Shown here: positions 15,791 to 23,043 of the stretch, piece by piece
Layout: every line of letters begins with the position of its first letter
How positions within the stretch are numbered: the stretch's first letter is position 1
Assembly: GCA_016220145.1 (NCBI GenBank)
Contig: JACRID010000060.1
Span: 742-24,741, forward strand
Origin: Candidatus Peregrinibacteria bacterium
Lineage (GTDB): Bacteria; Patescibacteriota; Gracilibacteria; UBA1369; UM-FILTER-53-11
DNA length: 24,000 bases
Direction: 5' to 3'
Notes under the pieces: generated by a model
Told to the model about the DNA's origin: nothing
The model's input: the letters and a program-made list of their open reading frames with translations, nothing else
Databases searched by the model: none
Program-made: the position numbers and the translations under genes

Positions 15791-17335
15791 ATGTCGGAAT
15801 CTGCACGAACTTTTGGCCATTATATTGACGGGAATGAGGTTTTTGAAGGCGATACCGTTGAACGTCGTAATCCGGCCGATAATGATCAAGTGGTTGCGCG
15901 GTTTCACAACGGTACGCCCGAAATAACGGATAGAGCGGTTGATTCTGCGAATCGTGCCTTTAAAAAATGGTCCAAAACCACGCCGTCTTTGCGCGGACAG
16001 GTTCTTTTTAATGCGGCCGTGTTGTTGAATACACCCGAGTGGCGCAAAAAATTTGTTGACGCGATGGTTGCCGAAATCGGTAAAACCGCAGGAGGAGCCG
16101 CCGGAGAAGTTGCAAAAACCCATAATATTTTAAAATACATGTTCGGATTGCCGGCACATACCAGAGGAGATGTGATTAACGCGGACCAGCCGGGCGTCCA
16201 TATGTATACCACAAGCGAACCGGTTGGAGTTGCCGGACTTGTTACTCCTTTTAATTTTCCACTAGCGGTTACGGTTTGGAAGCTTGCTGCGGCGCTTGCG
16301 GCGGGCTGCACGGCCGTAATAAAACCATCTCCGTCGGCGCCCATGACCTCCGCTCTCATTATGGAGCTTTTTAAAGAAGCCATGGGGGGAGTAGATGCTT
16401 TACAAAAAGCGAATATCGGCCCGGGAGTTATAAATATGGTACATGGAGGACCCGACGTTGTGTCCGCACTTATACGCAATCAATTGACGCAGGCGCTTTC
16501 ATTCACGGGCTCAACACCGGTTGGTAAAGAACTTTTGCGCCAAGCAATGACGCGGGAAGGTCAGCCCATTGATCCGCGCAATTTTGTTGCCGAAATGGGC
16601 GGAGATAACGCGATTTTAGTTCTTGCCGATGCCGATTTGGATATGGCGGTTTCCGCGGCGGTTACCGGCGTGGCGATTGGCGAAGGCCAGCGCTGCACGG
16701 CCACGAAGCGAATTCTTGTGGATGAACCTGTAGCGGAAGAATTTATACGCCGCTTTTTGGGCAAAATCGGTGAACTTAAGGTTGGGCCGGGCACCAATCC
16801 AACGAGCGATATAGGTCCGCTTGTTACTCCGCAATCTTTGGATGCCGTAATGGCTGCAGTTCAGCAATCTCAAATCAACGGAATGAATCTTCTTCAAGGT
16901 GGCACACGACTAACCGATGGAGATTTTGCGCGCGGCAATTTTATGCAGCCGACCATTCTTCAGGGTGACTGGCGAGATCCGGATCACCTTGCGCTAAGAC
17001 AAGAAATTTTCGGTCCCGTTGCCGGAATAAGTGTAGTAAAAGGTTTAGACAACGGCATAAAGGCCGTTAACGACAATACTCACAGTCACGTAGCTGCTGT
17101 TTTTACGCGAGATTTGGGTAAGGCGGCGCAATTTGTGAGACTCGCCAAAGCCGGCATGATTCATGTAAATAATTCAACGCTCGGCGGCGATGCTCAGGCG
17201 CCTTTTGGCGGTCTCGGCGGCGATACGAGTTTTGGGATACAGGAAATGGGTCCGCATGCCATGGACCCGTTCCTTAGGAATAAAACCGTCGGGATAAACG
17301 GCAGCAACGCGGTGCTTGGAGGCAGAGCGCGATAA
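15791..17335 (+). CDS. NAD(P)+-dependent aldehyde dehydrogenase family protein
   Basis: It has the cofactor motif FTGSTPVGKEL, the catalytic Glu in AEMGGDNAILV, the catalytic Cys in GEGQRCTATKRILV, and EIFGPV. Confidence 0.9.
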   Translation: MSESARTFGHYIDGNEVFEGDTVERRNPADNDQVVARFHNGTPEITDRAVDSANRAFKKWSKTTPSLRGQVLFNAAVLLNTPEWRKKFVDAMVAEIGKTAGGAAGEVAKTHNILKYMFGLPAHTRGDVINADQPGVHMYTTSEPVGVAGLVTPFNFPLAVTVWKLAAALAAGCTAVIKPSPSAPMTSALIMELFKEAMGGVDALQKANIGPGVINMVHGGPDVVSALIRNQLTQALSFTGSTPVGKELLRQAMTREGQPIDPRNFVAEMGGDNAILVLADADLDMAVSAAVTGVAIGEGQRCTATKRILVDEPVAEEFIRRFLGKIGELKVGPGTNPTSDIGPLVTPQSLDAVMAAVQQSQINGMNLLQGGTRLTDGDFARGNFMQPTILQGDWRDPDHLALRQEIFGPVAGISVVKGLDNGIKAVNDNTHSHVAAVFTRDLGKAAQFVRLAKAGMIHVNNSTLGGDAQAPFGGLGGDTSFGIQEMGPHAMDPFLRNKTVGINGSNAVLGGRAR

Positions 17336-17373
17336 TTTACCGTTTTTCATGCGGCGGTATTTTTTGGTATTCT

Positions 17374-17874
17374 ATGGGCATGGCGGTATTAAAAATAGAA
17401 ACAGGCGTCGACAACAAAATTCTGCGGACAAAATCCGCCACCATTAAGCGTATTGATAAGAAAATAAAAAAGCTCATCGCGGATATGAAAGAAACCACGC
17501 TGGCCGTTGACGGGCTTGGGCTTGCTGCGCCGCAGATAGGCCAAGACATCCGACTATTTATTGCGCGGCTAAATTACGGCACGCCCAACGAACTGATGGT
17601 TCCGATGATTAACGCCGAGATTCTGGCATTTTCGGAAGATATGCAGGAGGAAGAAGAGGGCTGCTTGAGTTTGCCGAAAAGATTCGGAATCGTTAACAGA
17701 CATGCGGCGTTGACGGTGAGTTACACGGACGAACGCAATACGCTGCGGACGCTGAAGCTGGAGGGGCTAAATGCGCGCATTATTCAGCACGAAATAGACC
17801 ATCTGAATGGGATTTTGATTGCCGACAAGATGAAAGAAGTTGATGCGACGGGGCGCAAAGGGCGAGGAATTTGA
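17374..17874 (+). CDS. def: Peptide deformylase
   Basis: All three deformylase motifs are present: GLGLAAPQIG, EGCLSLP and QHEIDHLNG. Length is 166 aa. Confidence 0.95.
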   Translation: MGMAVLKIETGVDNKILRTKSATIKRIDKKIKKLIADMKETTLAVDGLGLAAPQIGQDIRLFIARLNYGTPNELMVPMINAEILAFSEDMQEEEEGCLSLPKRFGIVNRHAALTVSYTDERNTLRTLKLEGLNARIIQHEIDHLNGILIADKMKEVDATGRKGRGI

Positions 17875-17883
17875 AATCCGCTG

Positions 17884-17977
17884 GTCATGCTGAATTTATT
17901 GCAGCATCTGCCCGCCTGCCGGTAGGCGGGGATACCAAAACCACCGCAGGGCGGGGCGCAGCAAGTTCAGGATGACA
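17884..17977. repeat. Palindromic element with terminal inverted repeats (MITE/REP-like), copy 2
   Basis: The left end GTCATGCTGAATTTATTGCAGCATC (17884-17908) matches 22 of 25 nt of copy 1. The right end GCAAGTTCAGGATGACA (17961-17977) matches the copy 1 right end. There is an internal GC hairpin, CCCGCCT gccggt AGGCGGG (17911-17930). Confidence 0.65.
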
Positions 17978-17999
17978 TAAGAAATCACGGCTTTTTAAG

Positions 18000-18028
18000 C
18001 TGATTTCTCGAGTAAAATATGGTATAAT
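18000..18028 (+). promoter_or_regulatory. Candidate extended -10 promoter for the 18040/18304 gene pair
   Basis: TGgTATAAT lies at 18020-18028, with a weak -35 (CTGATT, 18000-18005) 17 nt upstream. Only 11 nt separate the -10 from ATG 18040, which implies a near-leaderless transcript. Confidence 0.4.
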
Positions 18029-18039
18029 AACAGTGAAAT

Positions 18040-18300
18040 ATGAAGATAAAAAAACGGCATTTTTCACTCCTTAAAAAGTACCTGTGGTGGTATCGCGGGG
18101 ACGCCAAGGATGTTTTCGACAAGGTTAAAACAAATAAAATCATTACGTATGTTTTGAACTTTGGAGATTACGGAGATCTCAATAAGCTACTCCCCATTTT
18201 CTCAAAAAACGATATAAAAAAAACGCTCGAAACTCCGCTTCACGGCGTGTGGGACAAGAAATCGCTGAATTTTTGGACGCTTTATTTCGGCAAAGATTGA
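18040..18300 (+). CDS. Small hypothetical protein, putative partner/antitoxin of the downstream nucleotidyltransferase
   Basis: 86-aa ORF with ATG start. Its stop is 3 nt before the next start, a translationally coupled layout. I recognise no domain with confidence; the role is assigned by position only. Confidence 0.45.
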   Translation: MKIKKRHFSLLKKYLWWYRGDAKDVFDKVKTNKIITYVLNFGDYGDLNKLLPIFSKNDIKKTLETPLHGVWDKKSLNFWTLYFGKD

Positions 18301-18303
18301 CTT

Positions 18304-18948
18304 ATGCATATTGATGTTTTGCCATCTCAACAACGGAATCTGGCCAAGCTCATTGGAAACTGGCCGCCAGCAAAAGATTTTTATCTTGCCGGAGGAACAG
18401 CTTTGACTTTGCAGATAGGTCACCGCCGGTCCGCGGATTTTGATTTTTTTTCCAAGAAAGCCTTTTCCGCAGAGAAATTATTGGAAAATATTGAGGATTA
18501 TTTCAAGATGCCGGTTCGGGTTTTACAGATAGATAATCATACTTTGACGATTTTACTGAAAGACGTACGCGTAAGTTTTTTTGGCGCTTATGGGTTTCCC
18601 CTGATCGGTAAGCTTTTGCGCGACTTTTATTTCCCGGTCGCATCTGCGGAAGATATTTTCGCCATGAAACTGCTTGCAATTCAACACCGTACCGAAATGA
18701 AAGATTACGTCGATATTTTGGCTCTAATTGAGCAATCCGGGATAAATTTGCAAAAAGGGATTAGTTTGGCCCAAAAGAAATTTAGCGCATCTTTTAACTC
18801 CATGATTTCCCTTAAAGCATTGGTTTATTTTGACGATTTGGATTCGCGCGAACTATTCGCAATCGCCTTTGTAGGGAAAAAATCGCCTATCAATTTTAAA
18901 TTGCTGAAACAAAAGCTCATCTCAGAGGTTAGGTCTGTTCAAATATAA
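18304..18948 (+). CDS. AbiEii/AbiGii-family nucleotidyltransferase (type IV toxin-antitoxin toxin-like)
   Basis: The N-terminal motif FYLAGGTALTLQIGHRRSADFDFF matches the GGTAL...HR-x-S-x-D-x-D-F signature of the AbiEii (DUF1814) family. The later KDYVDILAL matches its KD-x-x-D segment. Confidence 0.65.
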   Translation: MHIDVLPSQQRNLAKLIGNWPPAKDFYLAGGTALTLQIGHRRSADFDFFSKKAFSAEKLLENIEDYFKMPVRVLQIDNHTLTILLKDVRVSFFGAYGFPLIGKLLRDFYFPVASAEDIFAMKLLAIQHRTEMKDYVDILALIEQSGINLQKGISLAQKKFSASFNSMISLKALVYFDDLDSRELFAIAFVGKKSPINFKLLKQKLISEVRSVQI

Positions 18949-18960
18949 GTGAGACTTCTT

Positions 18961-20049
18961 TTACCTTCTTGGTAACCGCAAAAGGCCATACAGCGTTTTT
19001 TTATATACGATATCGAACGCCGGCGGATATTTTATTTCTTTCCCGCCGAATTTTTTCTTAAATTCAGTGACGCCCTTCCACGGATGGTTTGAGTCGTCGG
19101 CCGGTGCGATCCCCAAAAAATCATAAAACTTCAAATCGCGTTTTTTGGCTTCCAAAATAGCTTCCCATTGCAGTAAATATGGCGCCATAAGGTTGCGGTC
19201 GGCGCCGGAGGAGGCTCCATAGTAGTAAATTGCAGTATCTTTATAAAAAGTGGCAATAAGTCCGGCCGTTACTTTTTTGGTTTCGGGTTCGTATGCCAAA
19301 AACAGCGCAGACATATTTTCTTGCCCCAGCGTTTTTAAGAAATTTTCATAGAATGAGCATGGATGAATTCCGAATTCATCTCGGGCGGCTGTCGTTTTTA
19401 GAATTTCATAAAATTCATCAAAGTCTTTTTGAGGAACATCTTCGAATTTTTTAAACATGCGCACATGCACGCCTTTACGCACAGCGACGCCAATATTGTA
19501 ACGGCCTTTTGGCTTCATTTGAGCCAAAATCTCCTCCTCCGACCCCTCGATATTTAATACCAAGGTGTGCTCCGGCGTAAATCGGTGCGGCGCATTACAA
19601 ATCTTAAAATTCTTCTTTAATTCAGAGGTCCAACTTTGATTCCAAGATGCCGGCGGCTCAATTCTGGCAAAAATCGCCTTTTCCTCCGCCGCCAGTCTTT
19701 TTAAATCCTCAAAAATCTCTTCCTTAAAACCCAGCGGTCCAAACGGCACCCAAAGCCAAGAAAACCCAAGCGGTAGCTTAATTTTAATAACCAAACAGCT
19801 CGCCTCGCCCAGGCCGAGCCGCGGCGTGGGCAGGCTAAGGCCTGATGCCGTCCCCAAGCTGGGGCGGCCTACTGCATTACTGCGCCCAAAGGGCGCATCC
19901 TTTTCCTTTGTCTCAAGCACCCAAAACTTGCTACGATACGGAATCGTTTTTTGAAATTCCCCAAACGCCAAAGACTGGAACAGGGTTCCGGCCGGATGGC
20001 GCTTTACAGTTTTTTCGTAATTTAATTCTTCGAAGTGTGACACGTTCAC
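18961..20049 (-). CDS. FemAB-family peptidoglycan interpeptide-bridge aminoacyltransferase (FemX/MurM-like)
   Basis: 362 aa with GTG start, 3 nt downstream of the ftsZ stop. Family-typical segments are LFQSLAFGEFQK, MKPKGRYNIGVAVRKGV, TAIYYYGASS...RNLMAPYLLQWEAILEAKKRDLKFYDFLGI and WKGVTEFKKKFGG. It contains a ~34-codon repeat-derived insertion (see the repeat at 19796-19900). Confidence 0.85.
   Translation of the reverse strand: MNVSHFEELNYEKTVKRHPAGTLFQSLAFGEFQKTIPYRSKFWVLETKEKDAPFGRSNAVGRPSLGTASGLSLPTPRLGLGEASCLVIKIKLPLGFSWLWVPFGPLGFKEEIFEDLKRLAAEEKAIFARIEPPASWNQSWTSELKKNFKICNAPHRFTPEHTLVLNIEGSEEEILAQMKPKGRYNIGVAVRKGVHVRMFKKFEDVPQKDFDEFYEILKTTAARDEFGIHPCSFYENFLKTLGQENMSALFLAYEPETKKVTAGLIATFYKDTAIYYYGASSGADRNLMAPYLLQWEAILEAKKRDLKFYDFLGIAPADDSNHPWKGVTEFKKKFGGKEIKYPPAFDIVYKKTLYGLLRLPRR
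19796..19900. repeat. GC-rich multi-hairpin repeat, long copy, inserted in-frame in the femAB-family CDS
   Basis: It shares AGGCCGAGCCGCGGC and GGC(C)TACTGCATTA(C/T)TGCGCCC(A/G)AAGGGCGCATCC with 23066-23131. Hairpins are TGCGCCC aaa GGGCGCA (19881-19897) and CCCCA agc TGGGG (19852-19864). It is translated on the minus strand as DAPFGRSNAVGRPSLGTASGLSLPTPRLGLGEAS. Confidence 0.7.
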
Positions 20050-20052
20050 ATT

Positions 20053-21216
20053 TTACCCTACTTTCTTCCTAATGAAGGCGGGAATATCGAGTTCGCTTTC
20101 CGTTGGGCGGGAAGATGACGTTCCCCCCGGAGTTGTCTGCAAACCGGCATGTTCTCTCTGGAAGAAGGAAGGTTTTTCGCGTTTTGCTTCGTCGAAGCCG
20201 GTTGCGATAACCGTAACCTTGATTTCGCCGGTGTAAGAATCATTAACAACGGCACCAAAGATAACGGTTGCATCCGGATCGGCAGCCTCGGTAATAATTC
20301 TGGCAGCCTCATCAACCTCAAACATCGAAAGGTCGTTGCCGCCGGTAACGTTGAACAGAATGCCTTTTGCGCCGGCAATATCCATCTCAAGAAGTGGGCT
20401 TTCCACCGCGGCTTTTGCGGCTTCAACGGCGCGATTTTCGCCGGAACCGTAACCAATACCCATAAGAGCGGAGCCGGAATTCTGCATAACGGTGCGAACA
20501 TCGGCGAAGTCGACATTGATCATACCGTGGACGGTGATGATGTCGGCAATGCCCTGAACGCCCTGGCGAAGTACGTCATCCACAACGGCGAACGCATCCA
20601 TCAAAGGTGTCTTTTTGTCGATAATGGAAAGTATTCTGTCGTTTGGAATTGTAATCAGTGTATCAACTTTTCCGCGTAGATTTTCAAGTCCATCTTCGGC
20701 TTGTTGTTTCCTCTTCAGTCCTTCGAACGAGAAAGGTTTTGTAACAACTGCAACAGTCAAAATTCCCATTTCTTTTGCAATTTCAGCAACAATTGGAGCG
20801 CCGCCGGTACCGGTTCCTCCTCCAAGTCCGCATGTAATGAAAACCATGTCTGCGCCTTCAAGAGCCGTCTTGATCTCTTCTGAACTTTCTTCCGCAGCCT
20901 GACGACCCGTGTCCGGATTCGCGCCGGCTCCAAGTCCGCGAGTCGTGGCCTTGCCCACGTTAATTTTGGAGGGCGCCTCGCAATGATAAAGAGCCTGCGC
21001 GTCAGTATTCATCGCAATAAATTCAATACCCTTTACGCTCGTCTTCATCATGCGGGAGACTGCGTTACTGCCGCCGCCGCCGACGCCGATGACTTTCAAG
21101 CTGGCAACCGGGCTGATCTCCGGCGTCACCATTTCAACGGTCGCCGGTCTCTTTTTGAAAGTGGACGATTTTCCTGCAAAGAGATTTCGGAGAGAATCTT
21201 TTTGTTGCGGATCCAT
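20053..21216 (-). CDS. ftsZ: Cell division GTPase FtsZ
   Basis: It has the tubulin signature [10 protein letters not shown] and [10 protein letters not shown], plus the C-terminal conserved peptide DIPAFIRKK. Confidence 0.97.
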   Translation of the reverse strand: MDPQQKDSLRNLFAGKSSTFKKRPATVEMVTPEISPVASLKVIGVGGGGSNAVSRMMKTSVKGIEFIAMNTDAQALYHCEAPSKINVGKATTRGLGAGANPDTGRQAAEESSEEIKTALEGADMVFITCGLGGGTGTGGAPIVAEIAKEMGILTVAVVTKPFSFEGLKRKQQAEDGLENLRGKVDTLITIPNDRILSIIDKKTPLMDAFAVVDDVLRQGVQGIADIITVHGMINVDFADVRTVMQNSGSALMGIGYGSGENRAVEAAKAAVESPLLEMDIAGAKGILFNVTGGNDLSMFEVDEAARIITEAADPDATVIFGAVVNDSYTGEIKVTVIATGFDEAKREKPSFFQREHAGLQTTPGGTSSSRPTESELDIPAFIRKKVG

Positions 21217-21254
21217 AGAATAAAAGTTAGGTAATAGATATGGTTAAAATCGAC

Positions 21255-22493
21255 TCAAGGCAAAAGCTGTTTTGCCCAAGTCTTAAAGCCGGAGAATGCT
21301 TTTTTGATGCCAAGGCCTTTGAAACTGCTGCCAAAAGACCGTGATTCAAATCGTGTTCCAAGAATCAAAAGTCCGATTGCCGTTGCGTATGCCGGATCCT
21401 CGATTTTGTCGACAACGCCTTCGAAATTTTGAGGGAAACCGATTTGAACAGGAAGATTTAAAGCCTCGCGGGCCAAATCGATAATTCCCGGGATTTTCAC
21501 CGCGGCGCCGGTGAGAACAACGCCTGCCGGCAACATGCCGTCGCGGTGGATTTTCGCCAGCTCTTCTTTTACAAGCATAAAGATTTCACTATATCTCGCC
21601 TCGATAATTTCAACCAACTGCCTCTTGGAAATTTTTTGCATGTCGATTTTGCTCAAGCTGCTCAGATCTATCACTTCACGGTCATTGACTTCGGTTGGGA
21701 CGCATGAGCCATATTCAATTTTGATTTTATCGGCGGTGTCGATGGAAGTTTTGAGTCCGATGGCAATGTCGTTTGTTACATTTTCACCGCCGACCGGAAT
21801 CACAGCCGTGTGAAGAACTGTTCCTTCTTCGAAGACGGAAACGGATGTTCCGCCCGAACCAATATCTACGACAACAACGCCGAGTTCTTTTTGTCTTTTT
21901 GACAATACCGCTTCGGATGAAGCCAATACGGCTGGAATTACATCATCAATATCCACGCCGGCCTGCAAAACGCATTTTTCAATATTGCGGACAGTCGGGG
22001 CCATGCCGGTAACAATATGGGCATCAACCTCAAGACGAATGCCGGTCATGCCGACCGGATATTTAATCCCCTTTTGTTCGTCCACCGTGAATGACTTTGG
22101 AATAATGCGCAGAATTCTGCGGTTGTTTGGAATTGCGACGGCCTGTGCGGCTTCGACGACGCGATCCAAGTCTTCTTCGGTGATTTCATTGCCCGGATGG
22201 GAAATGGCAATCACGCCTTTGCTGTTAAAAGCTTCGATGTGATTTCCGGAAACGCCGAGAAATACATGATGAACCGGCTCCCCCGCCATGCGTTCCGCAT
22301 CCTCAAGAGAAGTTGTGATGTTGTTGATTGTCTCTTCGACATCAATCACTTGCCCTTTACGAATACCGGTGGAAGGCGCAATGCCAACCCCGATGACATT
22401 TGGAGTCTGGGTTTTCTCATCAATCGTTCCGACCACCGTTCGGATTTTGGATGAACCGACATCTAAACCGGCTAAGAAACGTACTTTGGACAT
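21255..22493 (-). CDS. ftsA: Cell division protein FtsA
   Basis: It has the actin-like ATPase phosphate-1 motif GLDVGSSKIRTVVG and VVDIGSGGTSVSVF. It lies immediately upstream of ftsZ on the same strand. Length is 412 aa. Confidence 0.95.
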   Translation of the reverse strand: MSKVRFLAGLDVGSSKIRTVVGTIDEKTQTPNVIGVGIAPSTGIRKGQVIDVEETINNITTSLEDAERMAGEPVHHVFLGVSGNHIEAFNSKGVIAISHPGNEITEEDLDRVVEAAQAVAIPNNRRILRIIPKSFTVDEQKGIKYPVGMTGIRLEVDAHIVTGMAPTVRNIEKCVLQAGVDIDDVIPAVLASSEAVLSKRQKELGVVVVDIGSGGTSVSVFEEGTVLHTAVIPVGGENVTNDIAIGLKTSIDTADKIKIEYGSCVPTEVNDREVIDLSSLSKIDMQKISKRQLVEIIEARYSEIFMLVKEELAKIHRDGMLPAGVVLTGAAVKIPGIIDLAREALNLPVQIGFPQNFEGVVDKIEDPAYATAIGLLILGTRFESRSFGSSFKGLGIKKAFSGFKTWAKQLLP

Positions 22494-22931
22494 AAGTGTT
22501 TAGGTTGTTTTGCTGACGCAAAACGTTATTTATAACCGAGTTGTGACTCGGTCTGTTGGAATAAAAAGCGTTCCAAAAATAGTACACTTAATCACCTAAC
22601 GCAAATTTTTCCGGTCATTTCTTGGCTTTTACAAGCCCCGTGTTCCAATTTTGTACTCATTTTTTTTGTTTACATACCGCCAAAAACGGAGGCTTTGACG
22701 CGCCGTTTTTTTTGTATTCTCGCGGTCGATTTTTTGGCTTCCAAATGCGGAAATATTAGTTAAATGATGATCAAAAATATTACTCATGTTTACCTGCGAC
22801 GTAATTTTTTATACAGAGTTTGTTTTTCGTGTTTGTATAGACGCAAAAGCGACTAGTCAAATTTTTGGCGTTTTTGTGTTTTTTTCTCGGGAGCTTCGTA
22901 AAAATGGTAAAAATTTGGTTTTTGCGCGGAG

Positions 22932-22969
22932 CGGGCGGTTTTTGGCTGCGCGCAGCCAAAAACCGCCCG
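22932..22969. repeat. 38-bp perfect palindrome
   Basis: CGGGCGGTTTTTGGCTGCG|CGCAGCCAAAAACCGCCCG has 19-nt arms, no spacer and no mismatch. It lies in the 550-bp gap between the exonuclease stop (23044) and the ftsA start (22493). Confidence 0.9.
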
Positions 22970-23043
22970 TCGGTTACGCGGTAAATACCCATCGTATATC
23001 TTTGCAATAATTCGGGCCTATAGCGCAAGTTGATTTCGTCGTT

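Noticed and set aside
9854-17977. Possibility that the recurring hairpin units represent a CRISPR array
   Set aside because: There are only two copies, 8 kb apart and separated by genes. There is no regular repeat-spacer periodicity and there are no cas genes.
22780-23028. Mirror-image ORFs on both strands (82 aa minus, 74 aa plus), both containing GRFLAARSQKPP
   Set aside because: The shared peptide is a direct consequence of translating the 38-bp perfect palindrome on either strand. The rest of each ORF is basic and low-complexity, with no start-context support.
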